DNA from: Rhodanobacter sp.
Lineage (GTDB): Bacteria; Pseudomonadota; Gammaproteobacteria; Xanthomonadales; Rhodanobacteraceae
Direction: 5' to 3'
NCBI GenBank assembly: GCA_031274955.1
Contig: JAISPQ010000135.1
Location: forward strand, 1-51,894
DNA length: 51,894 nucleotides
Part shown: one piece after another, positions 29,747 to 39,214 of the stretch
Layout of the letters: every line of letters begins with the position of its first letter
How positions within the stretch are numbered: the stretch's first letter is position 1
Position numbers and translations under genes: made by a program
Notes under the pieces: model-generated
What the model saw: the letters and a program-made list of their open reading frames with translations, nothing else
Told to the model about the DNA's origin: nothing
The model's database searches: none

Positions 29747-30904
29747 TCAGCTTGCCAGTACCTGCTCCAGGGTAACCGGCCTGCCGATCAGCCATCCTTG
29801 GGCATAGCGGCAACCCAGCAGCCGCAGGATTTCGTGCTGTTCGCGCGTTTCCACGCCTTCGGCGACGAGATCGCAAGATAACGCGCGCGCCATGTCGGCG
29901 ATCGCGCCGACCAGCAGCACACCGCGCGGGCGGTCCAGGGCGTGAGCGAAGCCGACATCGAGTTTGATCTGGTCGAAATCCAGAGTCAGCAATGGGCCGA
30001 GATTCGAGTAGCCGGTACCGAAATCGTCGAGCGCGACCTGCATGCCGACGGAGTGACAGCGGGCCATGAGCCGGGCGATGTGCGCTTCGTGGAAGATTTG
30101 ACTTTCGGCGATTTCGAGCTTGAGCCGATCCGGCGGCAACTCGCGCTTGTACAGATAGCCCAGGATGCGTTCGACCAGTTCCGGGGCTTCAAGCTGACGC
30201 GCGGAAAGATTGACCGCAATGAACGGCAATGGCTCACGGCGACGGCGCTTGAGTTCGCCAAGCATGTCGCAAACGCGTTCGAGTACGTAATCGCCGATCG
30301 GTACGATCAGCGAAGTTTCCTCGGCCAAGCGGATGAATTCGGTCGGCATCACGGTGCCGCGCCGCGGATGCTGCCAGCGCACAAGCGCTTCGTAACCGGC
30401 GATGCAACCGCTTTCGATTTCCTGGATCGGTTGCAGGAAGACTTCCAGCTCCCCGTGTTCCAGCGCCACGCGCAGTTCCCCTTCCAAACGAATCTTGCCC
30501 ACGGCATCGGCATCCGCCGGCTTATCCAGTACGTCCACACGCGAGACGGCGGCTCCTCCGGTGAACGTCGCGAGCATTAAACGAAACCGCGTCACCTGGC
30601 CCATCAGCAGCATGCGCACGATGGGATCGGCGGCGGCCAGGCGCTCGGTGATCTGCGCCGTACTGATCGGCATGAGCCTGCAAGGTGTCAGCGCGCGCGC
30701 GGTCATCATGCGCGGCGACTCGTCGATCACAGCCACCTCACCCAGCAGCATGCCGGCGCCCAGTTCGCCCAAAACATGCCGTACGCCGAACCACATCCTG
30801 CTGACTTCGACGCGCCCGGACTCGATCAGGAACGCGTTGGCCGGCGCATCACCTTCGACGAAGATGATGTCCCCTGCGCGAAACGACTCGAAATGAGACT
30901 GCAC
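29747..30904 (-). CDS. cNMP-binding + EAL domain protein (putative c-di-GMP phosphodiesterase)
   Basis: N-terminal IIFVEGD...LIESGRVEV...GEVA...PR; C-terminal YEALVRW, VNLS, DDFGTGYS, IKLD, AEGVET, AQGW. Confidence 0.9.
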   Translation of the reverse strand: MQSHFESFRAGDIIFVEGDAPANAFLIESGRVEVSRMWFGVRHVLGELGAGMLLGEVAVIDESPRMMTARALTPCRLMPISTAQITERLAAADPIVRMLLMGQVTRFRLMLATFTGGAAVSRVDVLDKPADADAVGKIRLEGELRVALEHGELEVFLQPIQEIESGCIAGYEALVRWQHPRRGTVMPTEFIRLAEETSLIVPIGDYVLERVCDMLGELKRRRREPLPFIAVNLSARQLEAPELVERILGYLYKRELPPDRLKLEIAESQIFHEAHIARLMARCHSVGMQVALDDFGTGYSNLGPLLTLDFDQIKLDVGFAHALDRPRGVLLVGAIADMARALSCDLVAEGVETREQHEILRLLGCRYAQGWLIGRPVTLEQVLAS

Positions 30905-30963
30905 ATCGGTTCTCCCGAGTTCTCTTTCTCATGGCGCTATGGTCGGGCCATCGTATCGGAAAT

Positions 30964-30985
30964 GGGGCCGCATCGCTGCGGCCCC
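30964..30985 (-). terminator. Possible terminator hairpin after the Ig-like lipoprotein gene
   Basis: GGGGCCGCA-TCGC-TGCGGCCCC stem; short ATTT tail on the minus strand. Confidence 0.45.
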
Positions 30986-31077
30986 TGGAATGTTTGCACT
31001 ACCGCGATCCCCGCCAGGGACCGTCCCACCATCACCCCACCGCCGTGTACGTTCAATAGCGCGGTGAAGTCGAGCGG

Positions 31078-33615
31078 CTACGGGGTGGGAGTCGCGTCTA
31101 TCGCTTGCGCGTTCACCACCGCCGATACGCCATCGCTGCTAAACGTACAGGAGCCCGTTTTACCGCTCAGCAGATTGGTGCCGTCGATGGTGGCGGCGGT
31201 CCGACCATTATTCCCGGTGGGCGAAACGAAACCCACATTCAGCCCCCCTTGGCAGACAGCCGACACGGCGGCGCCGGATATCGGCGTGCCGCTGGGATCG
31301 GTCAGCAGCAAGGTAACGCCCTGCTGGGAATTGTACGTGCCCCCGAAGACAAGAAACGACGGCGACACCTGCAATATCGGATTGCCGGGGGATTGTATGT
31401 TCACCGTCGCCGACACTCCGTTACCCACAGCAAACGTACAGGTTCCCGTGCCGCTGCCCTTCAGACCACTGGCGTCGATGCTGGCGGTTGTCCGACCATC
31501 GGCGCCGGTGGGCGAAACCAAACCCGCATTCACACCGGCCGAACAGTTGACGGTCACAGCAGCGCCGGCTATCGGATTGCCGTTCGCATCGGACAGTTGC
31601 AGGGTCACCGTGCCGGAGCCGATGAGCGAGGATGGCGAGGCCTGCAATACCGGATTGCCCGGGGCGGCGATCGGTACGAGTAACGGTTGGACCAGCGGAT
31701 CGTCCGTGCTGAACGTGACAGCCGGCGAGCCGCTACCGGCAATGCCGCTGGTCCTCACCTGGCCGCTCGTGCAGCCGTTCGTGCCGGTGGGAGCCAATGC
31801 GCCCGGTCCGGTTTGGCCGTCGATGGTGCCGGTGCCGGTGGCGCCCAGATTCGAGAAGTTGAATCCGATCGTAGTCCCCTGGATCGGCTCATGGTTGGCG
31901 TCGTACAGGCACACGGTCGCGGTTGTCGTGGTATTCCCCTGCAACGGTGTCGTGTTCGTGACCAGCGTGCCTGGCGCAACACCGGGCAGGCCGATATTGG
32001 CCGTGGTCGTGACCAGGCGCGTTGTCCTCGTCCCATCCACCACGAAAGGACTGCCCGTGCCGCGCGCCCAGATATAGGCGTTCTTTCCCAGGCGCGATGA
32101 GGGGTAGGTCAGGGTTGTCGTGGCAATACCTGATGGATCGGTGGCCGCCGAGGTCGCTACGATGTTGGCTTCTTGCGCGCGACCGATCACATACGGCAGC
32201 GCCGTACTGGCCGTCACCGGGACCGAAACTCCGCTGGTATCGTTCGGATTGAACGGATAGGTGACGATCAAGCTGGCGTTACCGCCATTCACCGAGGCGA
32301 TCTGGCGCGCCGATTCGAGATCGCCATAACCGGGCCTTTGCTGGCCAAAGACCAGCAACGTATCGCCGGGGCCAGCGTTACCACCGGCCGTACGCAAGGT
32401 CTGTGCCGTGAACAGGGTTCCGCCTACCTGCGGAATGCCGTCGTTGCCCGCAATCGGGAACGTTCCCGGACCGCTACTGGGGAAACCCGAAAGCGGCGCG
32501 TCGACGATGCCGAACTGAATGTTTGTACCGGCCGGGACGGGGTTACCCCGGCGATCCGTGGCCATGACCATAACCGTCAGGCTGTAGAGGCCGTTGGATG
32601 GAACGGAGGTCGTGTCGGAAGAGATATTGTTCAATACCGAATTGACGGCAATCCCATCGGTGGGGATCGCAAACACGAGGCTGTACAGGATGCCGTCCGA
32701 AACGGCGATGGCCACGGTCGCCGAACGCGGTTGGCTGATGCCGTTGGTGACATTGTTGTCGGCGGCATCGACGGTCGCCTGGATCTGCAACTGGCACGGC
32801 GTCGTTCCCGGCGAGAACGCAGCCGTGGCTTGGCCACGCACGGTATGTGTGTCGACCGTCGTTCCGCTGACCGATCCGGCGACCGAGTTCGTGGACAGGC
32901 TCGCACCGCTCGCGCAGTGACCGGCGTCGAGAATCGAGAAGCGGACATTGTCGTACCCCGAATTACCCGTCACCGGATCGGGAACGATCTGGCCGCCGCC
33001 ATCCAGTACCTGGGCGGTAATCGTCGAAGTCGTGGCTGCGCCACTGGCGCCGGACATGTAGACCGTGGTCGGGCTGGCCGTTACCTGGACGCTGGCGGGC
33101 ATCGGCCCCACGCCGCTGGTGACCGTAAACACGAGACTGGCACTTACCGTCTTCTGCGTGGTTGGGTCCACACCCGAGGCGACGAGGGTCGCCGTTCCGG
33201 CTATCGTTCCCGCATTGACGAAAATCTGCGCTTGGCCGCTGCTCCCCGTGATGATGTAGTTGCCGAACAACTGGTTCGCATCGGTACACGTGCCATCGAC
33301 CAGACACGACAACGCGGCCACCGTGACCGGTGCGATGCTGATATCGATATCCTTTCCGGTGATCAGGGATCCATCGGGGTTGCGCCAAGTGATCGAAACC
33401 GTCGCCTGGCTTGGGTTGCCGTACTCGCTAGGCATGTGGCCCTGCGTATTCACCGGCAGCGTCGTGCTGGTGGCGCTTATCGATAGGGTGCTGTCCTGCG
33501 GGGGTGGGGGGGGAGGCGGGGGGCCAAAGGCGCCGCCGCTACTGCCACCACCACCGCAACTGGTCAGGGCGAGGCCGGCGAGCAGCAGCCCCAAGGTTTT
33601 GCCGAAAAATTTCAC
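31078..33615 (-). CDS. Large Ig-like (Big_1/invasin-type) domain lipoprotein
   Basis: GTG start after GGAG; lipobox LTS|C then GGGGSS and poly-Pro; repeated Big_1-like motifs (DRRGNPVPAGT, DANHEPIQG, DANGNPIAG, DPSGTPISG). Confidence 0.82.
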   Translation of the reverse strand: MKFFGKTLGLLLAGLALTSCGGGGSSGGAFGPPPPPPPPQDSTLSISATSTTLPVNTQGHMPSEYGNPSQATVSITWRNPDGSLITGKDIDISIAPVTVAALSCLVDGTCTDANQLFGNYIITGSSGQAQIFVNAGTIAGTATLVASGVDPTTQKTVSASLVFTVTSGVGPMPASVQVTASPTTVYMSGASGAATTSTITAQVLDGGGQIVPDPVTGNSGYDNVRFSILDAGHCASGASLSTNSVAGSVSGTTVDTHTVRGQATAAFSPGTTPCQLQIQATVDAADNNVTNGISQPRSATVAIAVSDGILYSLVFAIPTDGIAVNSVLNNISSDTTSVPSNGLYSLTVMVMATDRRGNPVPAGTNIQFGIVDAPLSGFPSSGPGTFPIAGNDGIPQVGGTLFTAQTLRTAGGNAGPGDTLLVFGQQRPGYGDLESARQIASVNGGNASLIVTYPFNPNDTSGVSVPVTASTALPYVIGRAQEANIVATSAATDPSGIATTTLTYPSSRLGKNAYIWARGTGSPFVVDGTRTTRLVTTTANIGLPGVAPGTLVTNTTPLQGNTTTTATVCLYDANHEPIQGTTIGFNFSNLGATGTGTIDGQTGPGALAPTGTNGCTSGQVRTSGIAGSGSPAVTFSTDDPLVQPLLVPIAAPGNPVLQASPSSLIGSGTVTLQLSDANGNPIAGAAVTVNCSAGVNAGLVSPTGADGRTTASIDASGLKGSGTGTCTFAVGNGVSATVNIQSPGNPILQVSPSFLVFGGTYNSQQGVTLLLTDPSGTPISGAAVSAVCQGGLNVGFVSPTGNNGRTAATIDGTNLLSGKTGSCTFSSDGVSAVVNAQAIDATPTP

Positions 33616-33694
33616 GTGGATTCTCCAAAACTGCGTATTCGTTTTCAGGGGGACGTGGTCGTACATCGTCATCATGCTGGGTTGCATCAGTTAA

Positions 33695-35974
33695 TCACTT
33701 CAGATTTTCGTTGAGGATGCGCGGCGTGACGAAGATCAGAAGTTCCGCCTTCGTATCGCTGCGACTGGAATTCTTGAACAGGTTGCCGAGCACCGGCACG
33801 TCGCCCAGAACGGGGACCTTGTTGATGCTATCGGTCTTGTTGACCTCGTAGACGCCACCCAGCACCACGGTCTGTCCGTCGTCGACGAGCACCGTCGTCC
33901 CCACCTCGCGCCGATTCAATGTCGGCACGGAGCCGCCGCCGGGTACCTGGATATAGCCGGCCACGTCGTCCTTTTTGACGTTCAGGTCGAGATTGATGCG
34001 GTTGTCCGCCGTGATGGTCGGCGTGACCTTGAGTTCGAGATTGGCTTGCTTGAAGGCAACCGTCGGCAATACGGCGCCGCCGCCCGACGCACTCTGCGAG
34101 GCGGCATATTCCAGATAGCCGATTTCCTGTCCCTGGACGATGGTGGCTTCCTTCTGGTTGGCGGTCACCACGCGCGGGCTGGAAACGACCTCGCCGCGGC
34201 CTTCGCTCTGCGCTGCTGAGAGTTCCAGATCCAGCAGGTAATCCGCGCCCAGAATGGCGACGCCGATACTGCCGGTCGTACCGGTGGCGGGAAGATTGAC
34301 GTTCAAGGCGTTGCCCAACGACGGCACGGCAACGCCCGAGGATGGCGAACCGGTCGAGATCGGCAGGCCATTGCCGGTGGCAAGACGGTTGTTGAGCGCC
34401 AGGCCCGCCATCTGATCGGCGCCGGCCAGCGTGCCCGTCGTGGCAACCACGGTACCGTTGCCGGTTTGATAGCCGCCGCTGACACCGAACTTCACGCCCA
34501 GGCTGCGCGCGAAACTATCGTTCGCGATCACGATGCGCGATTCGATCAACACCTGACGTACCGGACGATCGAGCACGACGATGAGCCGGCGAATTTCCTC
34601 GACCTTCGATGGCGTATCGCTGACCAGCAAGGTATTGGTGCGGTCGTCATAGGTGACGCTGCCACGCGAGGAAAGGAATCCGCGCTGTTGATCCACGCCT
34701 GCTGTATTGTTGGCGCCGGCGGCGCCCGCCGCCGTAGCTGTATTGACGCGCGTGTTCTTGGTCAGCAACGCCGCGATGTCCTTGGCCTTGCCGTAGCTGA
34801 TCGGGATGTAGTCCGAAACCAGCGACTCGTTATCTTCGAGCTTCGTCCGCGCCACGGCGATCGCCTCTTCGCGATCGGAAATCTCCTTCTGCGGCGCGAC
34901 CCAGATCACGTTCCCGCGCTGGCGCTTGTCGAGACCTTTCGCCTGCAGCACGATGTCCAGCGCCTGATCCCAGGGCACGTTGATCAGGCGCAGGGTCACA
35001 TTGCCCTGCACGCTGTCGGACACCACGACATTGAGATTGGAAACATCCGCGATGAGTTGCAGGACGGAGCGCGTGGGAATGTCCTGAAAGTTGAACGTGA
35101 CACGATTACCGTTGTACTCGGGCTGGGCATTCTTGTTCTTGAGCTTGGAGTCATCCTTCTTCTGCGCCACTTCGACCACATACTCGTTGGCGGTCTGGTA
35201 GGCCAGTTGCTCGAACGGCGCTTTGGCCGCGATCTCCACATGTACGCCATTGTTGCGCACGTTGGTATCGATTGACTGTACGGGCGTGGCGAAATCCAGC
35301 ACATCCAGATGTTGGGCCAGGTTCGGCGGTAGCTTGACGTTGGGAATGTCCAGACTGATGTGCTCGCCTGCGCGCTTCATATCCACGATGGCGCCGGCAT
35401 CGGCAAAGGTGACGATGAGGCGCCCTTCGCCGTTCTTGCCGCGCCGGAAATCCACATTGGCAATCCCCAGCTCTGCCGACGCACTGGCGATCGCCTTGGT
35501 CGGGTCCGTCCTGCCGACGGCCGCGACGATACCCGTCGCTCCGGCAAGGCCGTTGCTGATGGTCAGAACGACATCGTTGCCGTTGATGTGTGTGTCATAG
35601 CTGGCGATGCGAAACAATTCGACGACCACGCGCGTACGACCGGCCACTTCGATCGCCGATACGCCCGACACCGCGCCCGCGCCGATATCGACGCGACGCT
35701 TGGTCATGGCATTGTGCGTATCGGCAAAATCCAGCGCGATACTCGGTGGCACCTCGGTCGAAAACGACTGCGGCTCACCGGTCGGATGGGTGAACTTCAA
35801 CGTGATCTGGATCTTGCTGCCCGGTAACGCCGTGTACGCGATGTCATTGAGCACGTTCTGCGCATGCGCCGTGCGCAGCGCGAAAGCGGACAGGAGCAGC
35901 AGTACAAATACTGCCCGGATCGTCGGCAAGACGGTCGTCCTGCGCGCGGAGATTGATGCAAATGTCGTCATCAT
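33695..35974 (-). CDS. pilQ: Type IV pilus secretin
   Basis: AMIN-like N-terminus, TFNFQDI, VPWDQALD, QVLIESRIV, KVPVLGDVPVLGNLF, ELLIFVTPRI. Confidence 0.96.
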   Translation of the reverse strand: MMTTFASISARRTTVLPTIRAVFVLLLLSAFALRTAHAQNVLNDIAYTALPGSKIQITLKFTHPTGEPQSFSTEVPPSIALDFADTHNAMTKRRVDIGAGAVSGVSAIEVAGRTRVVVELFRIASYDTHINGNDVVLTISNGLAGATGIVAAVGRTDPTKAIASASAELGIANVDFRRGKNGEGRLIVTFADAGAIVDMKRAGEHISLDIPNVKLPPNLAQHLDVLDFATPVQSIDTNVRNNGVHVEIAAKAPFEQLAYQTANEYVVEVAQKKDDSKLKNKNAQPEYNGNRVTFNFQDIPTRSVLQLIADVSNLNVVVSDSVQGNVTLRLINVPWDQALDIVLQAKGLDKRQRGNVIWVAPQKEISDREEAIAVARTKLEDNESLVSDYIPISYGKAKDIAALLTKNTRVNTATAAGAAGANNTAGVDQQRGFLSSRGSVTYDDRTNTLLVSDTPSKVEEIRRLIVVLDRPVRQVLIESRIVIANDSFARSLGVKFGVSGGYQTGNGTVVATTGTLAGADQMAGLALNNRLATGNGLPISTGSPSSGVAVPSLGNALNVNLPATGTTGSIGVAILGADYLLDLELSAAQSEGRGEVVSSPRVVTANQKEATIVQGQEIGYLEYAASQSASGGGAVLPTVAFKQANLELKVTPTITADNRINLDLNVKKDDVAGYIQVPGGGSVPTLNRREVGTTVLVDDGQTVVLGGVYEVNKTDSINKVPVLGDVPVLGNLFKNSSRSDTKAELLIFVTPRILNENLK

Positions 35975-35993
35975 GAGATTTGTTCCGAATGAT

Positions 35994-36524
35994 TCATTTC
36001 TTGGCATCGCCCAAGGCAATCGATGCTTGCCGCTCCATCCAGCCACCGGTACCGTTGGGCACCAGTTCGACGATATCGATGTGATCGTCATTGATTGCCG
36101 TGACGCGTCCGTAATTCTGGCCAAGGTAGTTGCCGACACGGACCCGATGGATGACCCCATCCGTATCGCGTATCAGACCTTCCATCTGTTTGTCCGTGCC
36201 CAAGGTGCCAGACATCTTCAATCCATCCAGCGGGAAGGATTCCAGCGGCTCGCGCACGTGTTCCTCCGGACGCGGCCCATTGCTCGCGGTTTGATCCTGT
36301 TCCCCGGCGCCGGGCCCGAACGGGTCGCGCAGTGCCTTGTCTTTGTAGAGGAACGTCTCAAACGTCTTCACCACAGGCAACGGCTTCAGCGGCGCCCCCT
36401 TCTTGGCCTTTTCCTGGGCCACCCATTGGTGCACATCGTCGGACGCGGTACAGCCCAGAAGCCCGACCAACAGCATGCAGATCGCCGTCAGACGGCAAGC
36501 ATGAGAAGTCAGTGAAGTTTTCAT
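35994..36524 (-). CDS. pilP: Type IV pilus lipoprotein PilP
   Basis: Lipobox LLG|C, RDPF, EPLESFPLD, VGNYLGQNYGRV. Confidence 0.94.
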   Translation of the reverse strand: MKTSLTSHACRLTAICMLLVGLLGCTASDDVHQWVAQEKAKKGAPLKPLPVVKTFETFLYKDKALRDPFGPGAGEQDQTASNGPRPEEHVREPLESFPLDGLKMSGTLGTDKQMEGLIRDTDGVIHRVRVGNYLGQNYGRVTAINDDHIDIVELVPNGTGGWMERQASIALGDAKK

Positions 36525-36525
36525 A

Positions 36526-37233
36526 TCACTTGTCTGCCTTGGCCGGAGGTTTGGCAGCGGGCGTGGGCGGTTTCTTGGCGGCCGCGGCTTTGCGTTGCAT
36601 TTCCGCGGTTTCCGCCTCGTCGAGGTAGCGGTAGGTCTTCACCGTGCCTTCCAGCGTCAACTGACCATTGGCCGCCGCCGCCGCTACATTCGAACCGGGG
36701 GTCTTGTTGAGTGGCCGCAGCGAAACATCGTGCATGGTCAGGATGACGACGCGCGGCAGTGAGGCGACGTCGCTGATGAACGCTCCGAACTGATGATAGG
36801 TGCCGACCATCTTCAGTTGGATCGGCTTTTCGGCATAGAAATCCTTGATCACCTCGGCCTGCGGCTGGAACAGCTCGGTCTCGATGCCCGAGGCCAGCGC
36901 CGCCTGGGTGATGTCGTTGAGCAGGTCCGGCATTTCCGTCTTGCTGGGCAATTGACGGAGCATGGTTTGCAACATGTCCTGCATGTTGTCCAGTTGCTCG
37001 CGATACGCCGCCAGGTTCACCGCCTTGGCCTGCTTGTCCGAGAATTCCTTCCTCAGTGCGACCTCTTTCTGGCTCGCGCTGTCAAGCGCGTTCTGCTGAT
37101 CTCTGATTTGCAGATACCAGCCGAAGAACAGGATCAGGGCCACGATGAGCGCGGCAAAAAAGAACTTGACCGACTTGGGCCAGCCGCCGACGTTGTTGCG
37201 GTCCAGACCGCGCAGATCGCCCAGGAGACTCAT
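36526..37233 (-). CDS. pilO: Type IV pilus protein PilO
   Basis: LRQLPSKTEMPDLL, FYAEKPI, YHQFGAF...LPRVV, KTYRYL. Confidence 0.95.
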   Translation of the reverse strand: MSLLGDLRGLDRNNVGGWPKSVKFFFAALIVALILFFGWYLQIRDQQNALDSASQKEVALRKEFSDKQAKAVNLAAYREQLDNMQDMLQTMLRQLPSKTEMPDLLNDITQAALASGIETELFQPQAEVIKDFYAEKPIQLKMVGTYHQFGAFISDVASLPRVVILTMHDVSLRPLNKTPGSNVAAAAANGQLTLEGTVKTYRYLDEAETAEMQRKAAAAKKPPTPAAKPPAKADK

Positions 37234-37877
37234 GGCTTCTCCTGCGCAGAGGTGCGCGCGGGCGGCCGCACAGGCGCCGTCGAGGGTTTGTCTGCCGGCG
37301 GCTCGGCAACGCTGTCCTGCGCACCGGGCTCGCGCAATTTCGCATCCAAAGAGAACGCGTACGGCATCTTCTTGTCGGCATCCCGTGCGATCACTTTGTT
37401 TTCGATCTTGCGCAGATCGGAATTCCCCATCCAGGGCGAGTTATCGATGTTGCGCATGTAGTTCGCCACGCTGGAGTTCGACTCGGCGACGCCTTCCAGG
37501 GTCAGCTTGTTGCCCGTCTGCTTCATGGAAAGCAGGCGCACGCCGTCGGGAATCGTCCTCACCATGTCGTCGAACAGATGCACCATCTGTGAGCGGTTGG
37601 ATTCCAACTGCTCGATGATCCCTTTGCGCCCCAGGAGTTGCTCGCGCGTCTTGTCCAGTTCCTTGATTTCCTCGATCTGTTTGTCCAGAGCCTTGATTTC
37701 GCTCTGCAGATACGCATTGCGCTGGACCTGCTCATCGACCCGATAGCCCATCCACGCGATCACCAGCACCACCACGCCCACCGCCGCCACCGCGGCCATG
37801 GCCAGCATCAGATAAAACTCGCGCTCGCGCTGCTTGCGCCGCTCCTGACGCCATGGCACTAGATTGATGCGAGCCAT
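37230..37877 (-). CDS. pilN: Type IV pilus protein PilN
   Basis: MARINLVPWRQERRK, a TM helix, IIEQLE...IPDGV. Confidence 0.95.
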   Translation of the reverse strand: MARINLVPWRQERRKQREREFYLMLAMAAVAAVGVVVLVIAWMGYRVDEQVQRNAYLQSEIKALDKQIEEIKELDKTREQLLGRKGIIEQLESNRSQMVHLFDDMVRTIPDGVRLLSMKQTGNKLTLEGVAESNSSVANYMRNIDNSPWMGNSDLRKIENKVIARDADKKMPYAFSLDAKLREPGAQDSVAEPPADKPSTAPVRPPARTSAQEKP

Positions 37878-38941
37878 CAGTCGAAACTCCTGAGCGCAAG
37901 TCCGCAGGTGATCATCAACGCCGGAGCATCCTGGGCGAGCGTCTGCGCCTGTACCCGGTTGGACAACACCATGCCAGCGAGCGGGTTGGCGACGATGCAT
38001 GGAACGCCCAGTTGCGCCTGGACCATCTTGGCGATACCCGGGATCGAAGCGCAGCCGCCGGCGAGCACAATCTGATCCACGCGGCGGTATTGGCTGCCGG
38101 CAAAGAAAAACTGAATAAGGCGGCCGATCTGCTGGATCATCGCCTCCTTGAACGGCTCCAACACCTCGGCCACATAGGACTCGGGCAGCCCGTTCTGACG
38201 CTTGGCCAGACGCGCCTCCTCGTAGTTCAGGCCATAGCGACGCATCACTTCATCGGTCAACTGCCTGCCGCCGAACACCTGCTCACGCGAGTAGATCGTG
38301 CGTTGGTCCTTTAGGGCGCTCAGTGTGGTCATCGTGGCACCAATGTCGATCACCACGATCACCGCATCTTTGGGCACCGAGAGCTGATCGACGATCAGCT
38401 TGTTGAATGCGTTTTCCATCGCGAACACCTCGACATCCATGACCTTGGTAGTGAGCCCACCCAGATCCAGCGCGGCGATGTGCAGGTCGACGTTCTCCGT
38501 CCTCGCTGCGGCCAGGAGAACGTTTACCCTATCCGGATGGTCCTTGGCCGGACCGAGCACTTCGAAGTCCAGACTCACCTCTTCGATCGAATACGGGATG
38601 TACTGACTCGCTTCGACCTGGATCTGCGCTTCCATGTCCTCATCGGAAAGCCCGGCCGGCATCTGGATCACCTTGGTGATCGCGGCCGAACCGGCGACGG
38701 AGGTACACGCAAATCGGGTCTTCGTGCCACAACGGCTCAACGCACGACGGATCGCCTCACCGACCGCTTCGACTTCGACGATGTTTTTTTCGATGACCGC
38801 ATTGGGCGGTAATGACTCCACCGCATAGCGGTCCACACGGTACCTCCCCCCCTCCTGCCCTAGTTGAAGCAGTTTCACGGTGGTCGAACTAATGTCGACA
38901 CCGATCAAAGCTGGCATTCTTGGAGCGAGCACTCCCAACAT
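37877..38941 (-). CDS. pilM: Type IV pilus assembly protein PilM
   Basis: IGVDISSTTVKLL, YIPYSIEEVSLDF, DIGATMT, FGGRQLT, LAGGCA, CGLALRSFD. Confidence 0.95.
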   Translation of the reverse strand: MLGVLAPRMPALIGVDISSTTVKLLQLGQEGGRYRVDRYAVESLPPNAVIEKNIVEVEAVGEAIRRALSRCGTKTRFACTSVAGSAAITKVIQMPAGLSDEDMEAQIQVEASQYIPYSIEEVSLDFEVLGPAKDHPDRVNVLLAAARTENVDLHIAALDLGGLTTKVMDVEVFAMENAFNKLIVDQLSVPKDAVIVVIDIGATMTTLSALKDQRTIYSREQVFGGRQLTDEVMRRYGLNYEEARLAKRQNGLPESYVAEVLEPFKEAMIQQIGRLIQFFFAGSQYRRVDQIVLAGGCASIPGIAKMVQAQLGVPCIVANPLAGMVLSNRVQAQTLAQDAPALMITCGLALRSFD

Positions 38942-38944
38942 GTT

Positions 38945-39210
38945 CTTCCTCTTCCTACATTGCGTTACAAGCGAAAGGTACGCCATCACATTAACTACAA
39001 TCTTTAATCATTTTTCAACAGGAAGTGCTTATATTTGTGCGCTTATTCACAAAAAAATAGCAAATTTTGATAAATCCCTAACAGTTTTTATGAGTTACAT
39101 ACATCGTTGCCGTATCCGCACACCTATCCGACGGTTGTCCGCAGGGGCGGTGAACGCTTTATACTTCGCAGTCCACCCTATCGTGACTTGCTTGGGCTCA
39201 CGAATCCCTG
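38945..39210. promoter_or_regulatory. AT-rich divergent pilM/mrcA promoter region
   Basis: Strongly AT-rich intergenic segment between divergent genes; individual boxes not assigned. Confidence 0.55.
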
Positions 39211-39214
39211 CCGT

